Program-made: the position numbers and the translations under genes
Notes under the pieces: model-generated
What the model was told of the DNA's origin: nothing
What the model saw: the letters and a program-made list of their open reading frames with translations, nothing else
Database searches by the model: none
Shown: in pieces, positions 8,821-16,467 of the stretch
Numbering within the stretch: the first letter of the stretch is position 1
How the letters are laid out: every line of letters begins with the position of its first letter
Source: Opitutales bacterium
GTDB taxonomy: Bacteria > Verrucomicrobiota > Verrucomicrobiia > Opitutales > Coraliomargaritaceae
Direction: 5' to 3'
Length of the DNA stretch: 32,000 bases
Assembly: GCA_049606355.1 (NCBI GenBank)
Contig: JBMYVL010000006.1
Coordinates: forward strand, 1 to 32,000

Positions 8821-9804
8821 GTGAGTGTAGTACTTCAGTTACTTAAATTATTAGATAAGAGTTTTAATATAAAACTCACGCGAAAGATGTATCGGGCTAC
8901 ACTACCTCGTGAGTGGAAACACATTTATGATTTTGGTCCCAATGTGCATTTTGAAAACAAAGGTGATGGAATGGTTCGTCTTTTTTATAGCGGTGCATCC
9001 GTAGTGACTCTTAGTTTGCCTTCAGCTATACTCCGTTCTTATAATCAGCGTAGTGATGTCGCGTGGATTGTGGCATCCGGACCTTCAATAAAAGATATAC
9101 CACTTTCGAAGATCGATAGCGGGGATGTTTTTACGGTTAATGGCTCTATCGGAGCAGTCGTGGAGAGTGGCTTAAAGCCACAAGGCAGTTTCATCGTCGA
9201 CCGTGATTTTTTTCGTAGTAAGTCTGAACTAGTTGAACTGAGTTTATTTAAAAGTGCTCACTGCTATTTCTCTGGTATCGGGCTAAGTATCTTGTTGAAA
9301 AAGGGTTTCGGCGACATGCTAGCAAACTCGAGTGTCACTCTATTCGATGTCGTTGGCCATCAAGCGCTGGTGCCTTGTCGTCGGAAAAATGAATCTTGGT
9401 CTGAGTGGGCGAGACGTTATCCTAATTTAGATGTATCTTGCGACTACCCATTGGTAGGTTGGTCTTATGATCCTGATTATGGTGTTTTTGGAGGCGCTAC
9501 AATTGTCTTTGCCGCCTTGCAGTTGTTACTGAGCCAAGGGTACCAGAAGATTTTTATGCTTGGCTTAGATATGCATTATGGTGGTCGTGTGGCTCGATTT
9601 TATGAATCGGGTTTAAATATGAGGCCATCTCACTTAACTAGAGATATGGAGGCTCAAATTATTCCATCTTTTAAGTGTGCTATAAAGGCCGCTAAGGAAA
9701 ATGGTGTCGAGTTGTATAACGTTACGGAAGGGAGTGGACTGCGGGATGAATTAATTCCTTGGATAAGTTTTGAACAAGCATTGTCCTTGGCTCATAAAAT
9801 TTAG
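8821..9804 (+). CDS. Putative CMP-sugar-type glycosyltransferase (GT42 Cst-II-like / DUF115 MptE-like fold)
   Basis: 327 aa with a GTG start; an alternative ATG is at 8887. WIVASGPSIKDIPLSKIDSGDVFTVNGSI parallels the Cst-II N-terminus (IIAGNGPSLKEIDYSRLPNDFDVFRCNQF, from memory). GGATIVFAALQLLLSQGYQKIFMLGLDMHYGG parallels TSGVYMCAVAIALGYKEIYLSGIDFYQNG. A His-containing segment (RPSHLTRD) follows. Confidence 0.45.
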   Translation: MSVVLQLLKLLDKSFNIKLTRKMYRATLPREWKHIYDFGPNVHFENKGDGMVRLFYSGASVVTLSLPSAILRSYNQRSDVAWIVASGPSIKDIPLSKIDSGDVFTVNGSIGAVVESGLKPQGSFIVDRDFFRSKSELVELSLFKSAHCYFSGIGLSILLKKGFGDMLANSSVTLFDVVGHQALVPCRRKNESWSEWARRYPNLDVSCDYPLVGWSYDPDYGVFGGATIVFAALQLLLSQGYQKIFMLGLDMHYGGRVARFYESGLNMRPSHLTRDMEAQIIPSFKCAIKAAKENGVELYNVTEGSGLRDELIPWISFEQALSLAHKI

Positions 9805-9851
9805 ATTTTTTTAAGTGTTCAATTTGGCACTTGATCTCTCTGGTAGGCTAA

Positions 9852-10832
9852 CTATAATTGGCCACTGAGTTGAAAGTATTTTCGGGCCACGAGAAGGCTG
9901 ATAAGGTGCTCCTTTGTAGAGTCGGTAAATTCCTCATGGTGGCGCTTTAATTGGTCGATGATCGCTTCGGCCTCGTCGGGATTTTCGCAATAGTAGTCCA
10001 TTTTTTCCAGTAGGTCGGAGTAGTCGTCCTTCACTTCTACATAGTGCGTCCCAGCCTCAAGCGTGCCTTCCATAAACCACGATTCAAACTTTGGCTTCGG
10101 CATAAAGCAAAGTGAGTTCGACTGTGCGATCCATTTCAAGTTCGTGGCGACATCGTTGCCCTCGACCGAGAGGACGAATTTGTGCTGAAGCTGCTCTGCG
10201 ATGGAGAGGTAGGGTTTTCGCCATGCCTCAAGCTCAGATATCGGACGCGCTTTCGTCACTCCAATGTCGATTTGTGGATTCCCGAAGTGTTGCCTGAAAA
10301 TGGTGCTGCGGTGATTCAGTTTAACGGCTCCCCGCCAGACAAGTGAGTCCTTCTTCTGTCGAAACTGAAGCGGGTCGTAAATCGGGCGAAAATGGCGGAT
10401 GCTGTTTAGGCGCAGGAGAATGTTATTCGCGTTGGGTCTAGTAATCGGCCGGGTTTTCACGAATCGCGGCGTATCGGTTACCTCTGTGACGTCGCCAAAT
10501 CGGTAGTTTGCTTTTAATTCCGGGTAGAAATGGCGCATCACCCGTCTGAAATCGATGCGGTAGGTTGTCTTATCCCAGGGGATTTTAGCGATACTCGTCG
10601 CGTCAGCGGCAGGCTCGAAGGGTGTCTCCAGGCGATTGTAATAGTTCACTCGGCGCCAGATGGCTTCGGGATCGTACCGATTGATGCGCTTCAGCCAACT
10701 GTTCAGCTTAGCCCGGGAGATGCAAGGCGGGAGCAAGAAATGCTCGAGGAACCCACGTGTGTAAAATGCGATCTTACGAAGCTGTTGATCATGAGAGAAA
10801 TGGCGAATGGTATCCATTGGGGGCTCACTCAT
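9852..10832 (-). CDS. Glycosyltransferase family 90 (CAP10 / LPS-modifying, protein O-glucosyltransferase-like)
   Basis: 326 aa. KFVLSVEGNDVATNLKWIAQSNSLCFMPKPKFESWFMEGTLEAGTHYVEVKDDYSDLLEKMDYY is the characteristic CAP10-domain C-terminal block. Confidence 0.8.
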   Translation of the reverse strand: MSEPPMDTIRHFSHDQQLRKIAFYTRGFLEHFLLPPCISRAKLNSWLKRINRYDPEAIWRRVNYYNRLETPFEPAADATSIAKIPWDKTTYRIDFRRVMRHFYPELKANYRFGDVTEVTDTPRFVKTRPITRPNANNILLRLNSIRHFRPIYDPLQFRQKKDSLVWRGAVKLNHRSTIFRQHFGNPQIDIGVTKARPISELEAWRKPYLSIAEQLQHKFVLSVEGNDVATNLKWIAQSNSLCFMPKPKFESWFMEGTLEAGTHYVEVKDDYSDLLEKMDYYCENPDEAEAIIDQLKRHHEEFTDSTKEHLISLLVARKYFQLSGQL

Positions 10833-11475
10833 CGCTCAAGCTGTTCCGTAATTTTGTTACTATGGCGTCGGCGTTCTGGTTCCCTCCCGAGATGGAATCG
10901 AGGAATCTTGAAATATCCTTAGTTTTTCGTCGAGGTGCCTTTCGCACATTGTCGAGATCAATGAGAAGTATCTTCGAAGGCTCTTTCACGATAAGGTTTT
11001 GTGCGTGGAGATCCCCGTGGGAAAGGCCCAATTTGTGAAAGGACTGTATGGTGTGTATGGCGGCTTCGACTGTTTCATTGGCGAGTTTAGGTGGCTCCTT
11101 CGAAAAGAAGTAGTCCCTAAACTTTAAGCCGGGCACCCGTTGCATTACGAGGTAGGCTACGGCGGAGCGAAGCCCGCACTTGGTAGCCACAAGGTAGTGA
11201 GTCGGGCATGGGATCTCGCGTTGCCTCAGGTAGTGGGCATAGTACAGTGAATTATGGGGGCGCGACATCTCCAAACGGGTTCGCAATGCGGAAAAGAAGC
11301 CTTCGTAGGCGTAGCGTTTCACCACCATCGTTTCTCCCTTTATCGAACAAAGCCGAACGGACTGCTGCGTGCCGTCTTTGATGCATTCACCCTTCTGAAA
11401 AAAGCAATCCACTTCGCCGAAGGTGATCCCTTTCAAACTTTTGGGGGCATTCGGGCATGTACATCGCAGTGTCAT
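10825..11475 (-). CDS. Kdo/WaaP-family lipopolysaccharide kinase
   Basis: MVVKRYAYEG, GLSHGDLHAQNLIV (catalytic loop) and LIDLDNV (metal-binding DxD) support the call. I prefer the ATG at 11475 (MTLRC...), because the track start at 11538 would overlap the upstream gene by 29 nt. The 3' end overlaps the GT90 start by 8 nt. Confidence 0.75.
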   Translation of the reverse strand: MTLRCTCPNAPKSLKGITFGEVDCFFQKGECIKDGTQQSVRLCSIKGETMVVKRYAYEGFFSALRTRLEMSRPHNSLYYAHYLRQREIPCPTHYLVATKCGLRSAVAYLVMQRVPGLKFRDYFFSKEPPKLANETVEAAIHTIQSFHKLGLSHGDLHAQNLIVKEPSKILLIDLDNVRKAPRRKTKDISRFLDSISGGNQNADAIVTKLRNSLSDE

Positions 11476-11509
11476 GGGTTTTGGAAATGATAAAGTATGG
11501 ATGTTGGCA

Positions 11510-12679
11510 TTATTTGATGCCAGTGAGTGCGGCGTCAATCTCGGCTATGTGGCGTTCCATCGAGAATGCCTGACCGGTGTGTATGGAGTATGCACGCATC
11601 TCAGACTTATTTTCGGCTTGGTAAAGGTCATCGATACGGCGGCGTAGCGCCGTCGTATCCCATGCAAAGTCAACTACATAACCGTTCTTCGCGAGTTCGA
11701 TCAACTCGTGGCTACCGTTGGTTTTGGTAGTGATCACGGGCACGCCAGAAGCGAGTGCCTCGCAGACCACGTTGGCCGCCGCGTCGTATTTTGAAGGAAA
11801 GACAAAACAGTCGGCAGCCCCGTAGAATTGCTCTATCTTTGTTTGGAATCCCGCATAAGCGACGCGTTCCAGCAAATCCATTTCACGAAGCGTTCTCTGA
11901 AGTTCGTTTTCGTCTGTCCGTCCCACAATAAGAAGTTTGATCGCCTTCGTCTGTAATCCGGAGAAACTGTCGAGCAGTTCACGTAGTCCTTTTCGGCCTC
12001 GGCCGCCGGCAGTGAACAGACAAACAAAGTCCCGGTCGGTGAAACCAAACCGTTGTCGAATCACAGTGCGTTTCATCCCCGCGTTCTCCGGATTGAAGCG
12101 GGTCAAGTCGATGCCGTTGCGTATGACTCGCAGTCGATCTTCTGGCACAGCGTAGCGGCGCCGAATGTCCTCCTTGACCATAACCGAGTTGGTGATCAGT
12201 AGCCTAGGTGTGTTCTTTTTAAAAAGTATCTTTTGAAAGTGTCGTGCGATAGCGTGGTTCGGCTTGAGTCTTGCCAGTCTGCTGAGGCAGTTGTCCATAT
12301 AAGTGGCATGCACCCCGCCGCCTGCGCGGTATACGTTACCAAAGGTCACATTACCTGTAGTGAAGACCCAATCAAAGTCCACGGGGTGGCGTCGAACTAG
12401 GCGTTGCGCGTGGAAGTTAAACCAAAGCAAGCGCAGAGAAGGAATGATCTTACAGGGTGTGACTTTGATCTTTTCGAGGTTTTCGTGCTCGACGGATTGC
12501 GTCCCAAAGCTTTCTGCGAAGCACCAGATAAGGTAGCCGCGCTTCAGGAGTCCAGTGATAAGGCGATTGATGTAGTTCTCATGTCCTCCTCGGTGGGGAT
12601 CGAGCGACTTGACTACAAGGGCCAGTTTCAGGTGAGGCAAGTGTGCGTCGACCTTAGCTTTCTGCGATGATTGACTCAT
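11510..12679 (-). CDS. Glycosyltransferase family 4 (GT-B)
   Basis: LKLALVVKSLDPHRGGHENY is at the N-terminus, and FPSKYDAAANVVCEALASGVPVITTKTNGSHELI is the GT4 C-terminal motif. I prefer the ATG at 12679, since the track start at 12814 would overlap the upstream gene by 160 nt. Confidence 0.8.
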   Translation of the reverse strand: MSQSSQKAKVDAHLPHLKLALVVKSLDPHRGGHENYINRLITGLLKRGYLIWCFAESFGTQSVEHENLEKIKVTPCKIIPSLRLLWFNFHAQRLVRRHPVDFDWVFTTGNVTFGNVYRAGGGVHATYMDNCLSRLARLKPNHAIARHFQKILFKKNTPRLLITNSVMVKEDIRRRYAVPEDRLRVIRNGIDLTRFNPENAGMKRTVIRQRFGFTDRDFVCLFTAGGRGRKGLRELLDSFSGLQTKAIKLLIVGRTDENELQRTLREMDLLERVAYAGFQTKIEQFYGAADCFVFPSKYDAAANVVCEALASGVPVITTKTNGSHELIELAKNGYVVDFAWDTTALRRRIDDLYQAENKSEMRAYSIHTGQAFSMERHIAEIDAALTGIK

Positions 12680-13751
12680 ACAAGGCTTGGTATTGCTGTG
12701 CCATTTGTTCGACACTGAAATCCTTCGAGAATTCGTAAGCTTTTTCGATGATGGTTGCGCGGGTAGTAGCGTCTTCCTTATACCTGTGGAGATGGCTCGC
12801 GAGTGCGGGTGCATCGCCTACCGGGGACGAAAGGCCGGTCTCCCCGTGTCTTACGAGTTCCGGAATGCCGCCCGCACGAGTTGCAACGACAGGAACTTTG
12901 GCTGCAAAGGCATCAATCACACTGGTACCCAGTCCCTCCGTTTTTGAACTGATAAAGAAAATGTCCAGAGACGGGAGCACCGCTTCAACGTTCTCCAGAA
13001 AGCCAGTAAAGATGATAACTTCGTCAAGTTGACTCTGCTTGACGTAGTCTTTGATTTCGGCCTCGCGCTCCCCTTGGCCAATGATGAAAAAACGGACATC
13101 CTGGTCATACTCACGGATATACTGAGCCGCTGTATCCACAAAGGTGTGATAGTCTTTGTGATCAACCAGCGCACTGGTGTTGCCGATCAGCGTGATATGA
13201 TCGGCGAGCCCGTACTTTTCGCGAAGATGTTGGCTGCCGAGGTGGGGCGCAAACTTCTTGGGGTTGATCGCGCTGTAGATGGTGAGGCACTTCTCCGGCT
13301 GTCCAGTGCCGTTCGATACGATTTCGCGGATTGCGTCGGAAACGCAGGCAATTTTTCGAATCCCAGGATAGGTGTATTTCCATCTCGCAAAGCAGTTGTC
13401 CTTTAACTCGAAATCTACCCGTCGAGTGAGCAGAGACGGCGTTCGGTTTCCCATTAGATAGGAAAGGAAACTCGTGCCATGCCCGTGTGAGCTGTGCGCG
13501 TGGATAAGATCAATCGATTGATCCTGGCAAAGTTTTTTCAGCGCCCATCCAGACTTAAAATCCATGGAGCTCCGCATGGGTAGGGGGTAGTGCCTCCAGT
13601 CCCTCCGCTCACAATATGATTCAAACTCTGCCCCAGGCTTACACGCGACGATGGGCTCGATGCCCAGCGCCTCCAGACCCTCCACCAGATAAGCAATCTG
13701 TTGCTCGCCACCTCGCCAACTGGTCTCAGAGCTAAGATGCAGAATCTTCAT
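12654..13751 (-). CDS. Glycosyltransferase family 4 (GT-B)
   Basis: 365 aa. MKILHLSSETSWRGGEQQ is at the N-terminus, and SSKTEGLGTSVIDAFAAKVPVVATRAGGIPELV is the E-x7-E motif. Confidence 0.85.
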   Translation of the reverse strand: MKILHLSSETSWRGGEQQIAYLVEGLEALGIEPIVACKPGAEFESYCERRDWRHYPLPMRSSMDFKSGWALKKLCQDQSIDLIHAHSSHGHGTSFLSYLMGNRTPSLLTRRVDFELKDNCFARWKYTYPGIRKIACVSDAIREIVSNGTGQPEKCLTIYSAINPKKFAPHLGSQHLREKYGLADHITLIGNTSALVDHKDYHTFVDTAAQYIREYDQDVRFFIIGQGEREAEIKDYVKQSQLDEVIIFTGFLENVEAVLPSLDIFFISSKTEGLGTSVIDAFAAKVPVVATRAGGIPELVRHGETGLSSPVGDAPALASHLHRYKEDATTRATIIEKAYEFSKDFSVEQMAQQYQALYESIIAES

Positions 13752-14511
13752 TTTTGGATCTCAGGTCGATGTATTTGGCGTATTTCAGAAATTTAGAGTG
13801 TGCGGAAACGAGAGCGATTGTGAACCCGTAGAACCCGTCCAGGAAGCCCAGCTTCAAGAAATAGTGTTTAAGAAATACAAATGGCGGGTTGAAGATTAGC
13901 TTCAAAGCCGCGCCTTTCACTGACCCTGACTCTAACAGCCCCTGAGCGGCAATGCCTGAGAATTTATTGCTCTGAGCTACGTGGGCGTCCAAATCTGGGA
14001 TCGTGTAGTGAAGAATGTCGCCATTCAGCTTTTTTGCTTCCACCCCTGCTTTCAGAGTTACTGAGTCATGTGGATTATTTCCACCCCAGCGTCCTACCTG
14101 CCTGTTCCACAATCGGACTTTACGATCCGGATACCAGCCACTGTGCCGTATCCAACGTCCGCAGTAATTATTCAGCCTCGGCATGGAGTATGCCCCATAG
14201 CTATCAATTGTATCCTCTTCGATGCTCTTGATTTCTTGGATGAGCTCGTCGCTTAAGCACTCGTCCCCGTCGAGAGAGAGGATCCAATCGTATTTCGCCT
14301 GCTCTGCGCCAAACTGCTTTTGCTCTATGTAGCCTTCGAATTCGTGTTCGACGAAACGGACTTTCTCGTAGGATGTGCAAATAGCTTTCGTCTGGTCTGT
14401 CGAGAAGCTGTCGACTACGAAAACCTCGTCCGCGACTTCGCATAGCGAGTCCAAGCACTTTTTAATATGCGTTTCTTCGTTGAAGGTAATAACGGTAGCG
14501 CTGATTTTCAT
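13732..14511 (-). CDS. Glycosyltransferase family 2, WaaE/KdtX-like LPS core transferase
   Basis: 259 aa. MKISATVITFNEETHIKKCLDSL, VVDSFSTDQT and LSLDGDE (the DxD) support GT2. The C-terminal FLDGFYGFTIALVSAHSKFLKYAK tail is typical of the short KdtX/WaaE-type GT2s. Confidence 0.8.
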   Translation of the reverse strand: MKISATVITFNEETHIKKCLDSLCEVADEVFVVDSFSTDQTKAICTSYEKVRFVEHEFEGYIEQKQFGAEQAKYDWILSLDGDECLSDELIQEIKSIEEDTIDSYGAYSMPRLNNYCGRWIRHSGWYPDRKVRLWNRQVGRWGGNNPHDSVTLKAGVEAKKLNGDILHYTIPDLDAHVAQSNKFSGIAAQGLLESGSVKGAALKLIFNPPFVFLKHYFLKLGFLDGFYGFTIALVSAHSKFLKYAKYIDLRSKNEDSAS

Positions 14512-14607
14512 GATTCAAAGGTGCTCGTGGTATTTCTAAAATTAATCTCTAATGTGGTCACTGAGAACTATTTGGGTAGTCAATGCAATGTGCTCGCTGG
14601 AAGAATT

Positions 14608-15480
14608 TTAGAGTTTCCAGTATTTGTGTAGCCAGAATACGTCAAGAATGTGGGCGAGAAATTCCTTTTCGTATTCCGCGGTAATGGCAGTCAGGATTTC
14701 TTCGGTGTCGTCGCTATCGACAGGCACTCGGGTAAATTCGATCTTCCATTTGGCGGGCTCGTCGGAGTGGCACGAAATCATATAGAGCTTTGCCCCCGTG
14801 CGTCGTTGTAAGAGTGCGGGTAGCTTGGAGCGAGCGGAATCGCGCCCGAAAAAGGGTCTGGCATATTTGCTCTTTTTCCCTGCACGTTGGTCGGCGAGCA
14901 TAATTAAGTTCCCCCCTTCTTTTATAAATCGCCCTAATAAGAAGACAGAGGTCCTTTTGGCGAACATTTTGCAGCCGTATTTTTCCCGCTCCTTAAGTAC
15001 GTATTGGTTTGCGAATTCGTTATCGAGAGGACGATAGATCGCTCCGAATGAGGCTCCATGAGGAAATTTTATGGCGAGAATATTTGATAATAGTTCCCAG
15101 TTGCCCATGTGGGCAGTACACAAAATATGTCCGTTCCCGACTGCAATGTCCTCCAAGAGCTCATCGGGAATAACCGTGTCGACTTGTTCCATTACTCGCT
15201 CCAGTGGCATGCCATAGATCTTAATGGAGCAGGTGAGGTTTGCGAAAGACCGGCGAAAGATGCCCATGATTACACTTCTACTGACAAGGACTTCGGGGTA
15301 TCTGGCCGATACGACTTCGAGGTTCTCGCGAACTACCCTTCGTTTGCTCGCAAGAATCCAATAAAATACGCAACCCAGAAGCTCTCCGATTTTCCAGCAC
15401 GCCGATATGGGCAAGAATTTGAACAGGCCCATGGTGAGTTGGAACAAGATGATAAGGAGGATGGAGTTAAAGCGCTTCAT
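14608..15480 (-). CDS. LpxL/HtrB-family lipid A (Kdo2-lipid IVA) late acyltransferase
   Basis: 290 aa. It has an N-terminal hydrophobic anchor, the CTAHMGNWELL motif (the HxxxxE/D acyltransferase motif of the LpxL family), and ADQRAGKK. Confidence 0.75.
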   Translation of the reverse strand: MKRFNSILLIILFQLTMGLFKFLPISACWKIGELLGCVFYWILASKRRVVRENLEVVSARYPEVLVSRSVIMGIFRRSFANLTCSIKIYGMPLERVMEQVDTVIPDELLEDIAVGNGHILCTAHMGNWELLSNILAIKFPHGASFGAIYRPLDNEFANQYVLKEREKYGCKMFAKRTSVFLLGRFIKEGGNLIMLADQRAGKKSKYARPFFGRDSARSKLPALLQRRTGAKLYMISCHSDEPAKWKIEFTRVPVDSDDTEEILTAITAEYEKEFLAHILDVFWLHKYWKL

Positions 15481-15542
15481 GTTTGGGTTGTTGAATGACT
15501 TTCATCGCGGGGTGCGGGATGCTGGATGAGCGACTATCTGGG

Positions 15543-15932
15543 TCAGCTTATGGTTTGTAGGGGGTATTCTTTCAGTTTCGAGTCGACTGTGGCAAGGGTC
15601 CAGCCGTTTACGATTGATGTGGCGGCGAGTAGTCTGTCAAAGGGGTCGCGGTGGATCGCCGGAAGCTTGCCGAGCATAAAGATCGCTTCATCTTGAAGGG
15701 GTTGATAGGCGAGGCCTGCTTTCTCGACAACCTCTGGAATACAATCTTTCGGTGCGGCGGGCAGGGAGAGTTTTCCCAAATCGTATTTCACCTGGATCTC
15801 CCAGATGGTGATTTGGCTGAGGTGCCAGCGGATGTCTTTTGCTCTTAAATGCCTGTTCAGGTTTTTTGAGAGTTTTTCAGGCTCGTTCTGCATCCAGAGG
15901 AATACCTGCGTATCCAGGAGGTAATTTTTCAT
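15543..15932 (-). CDS. vapC: Type II toxin, PIN-domain VapC family
   Basis: 129 aa. MKNYLLDTQVFLW supplies the first acidic residue. IWEIQVK, HRDPFDRLL and TVDSKL supply the remaining PIN acidic positions. It overlaps the upstream antitoxin gene by 4 nt. Confidence 0.85.
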   Translation of the reverse strand: MKNYLLDTQVFLWMQNEPEKLSKNLNRHLRAKDIRWHLSQITIWEIQVKYDLGKLSLPAAPKDCIPEVVEKAGLAYQPLQDEAIFMLGKLPAIHRDPFDRLLAATSIVNGWTLATVDSKLKEYPLQTIS

Positions 15933-16171
15933 TCTCCGTAATAGTCCTGCTCAAATTCAGGTAATGGGGCATCAAAGTCTTCCGCGATGGAGCATTGATT
16001 CTTAAGTAGTCCGATTTTGGGACATACCCCCAAATGGGTAGAGTCATTCGCCGGGCCCAACTGGGCTACCGGGCGGTTTCGGTCTGCAATGATGAACACA
16101 TCGCCTTTTGAGGCTTGTCTAGCGTATTTACCGAGATGTGCTTTGGCTTCACTTAGTTTCAAAGTAGTCAT
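15929..16171 (-). CDS. Type II antitoxin, Phd/YefM family
   Basis: 80 aa. MTTLKLSEAKAHLGKYARQASKGDVFIIADRNRPVAQL is the typical Phd/YefM N-terminal fold sequence. It is translationally coupled to the PIN gene. Confidence 0.8.
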   Translation of the reverse strand: MTTLKLSEAKAHLGKYARQASKGDVFIIADRNRPVAQLGPANDSTHLGVCPKIGLLKNQCSIAEDFDAPLPEFEQDYYGE

Positions 16172-16173
16172 AT

Positions 16174-16188
16174 ATTAGACTAATTAGA
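16174..16188 (-). promoter_or_regulatory. Candidate TA operator: ATTAGA direct repeat overlapping the perfect palindrome CTAATTAG
   Basis: ATTAGA occurs at 16174-16179 and 16183-16188, and CTAATTAG at 16180-16187. These lie directly upstream of the antitoxin start at 16171. Type II TA operons are usually autoregulated through such palindromes. Confidence 0.25.
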
Positions 16189-16467
16189 TGACTGAATGTA
16201 GTTATGTCAAGTTTGGGAGAATCGAGTCGGCTTGCTGTCAGATACTTGCCGACTTCGAGCGTGCTGCGCTCGACACCGCCGGCGTTCAGCTTGGGAAGGC
16301 ACCGAGTCGAGCGGCTCAATTTCGATCGTACCTCAGTTCATGAGCACTCTTCGCGTTGTCGGCAGAGAGGTGCCTCGGCACTGCCTTCTCGGTCAAAGGT
16401 GACAATTATCGCTTTGACGCGTAAACTGCTTTCCCTTCTCATCCGCGCTTTCCCATTAATCTGAGCC

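Noticed and set aside
16204-16464. 86-aa plus-strand ORF filling the 296-nt gap between the antitoxin gene and serS; also considered as a possible structured leader or sRNA
   Set aside because: The translation is Ser/Arg/Leu-rich with no motif and no obvious ribosome-binding context. I found only a short hairpin (GTCGGC...GCCGAC) and nothing resembling a tRNA, T-box or known riboswitch, so neither a CDS nor an RNA gene is supported. The gap most likely holds the divergent TA and serS promoters.
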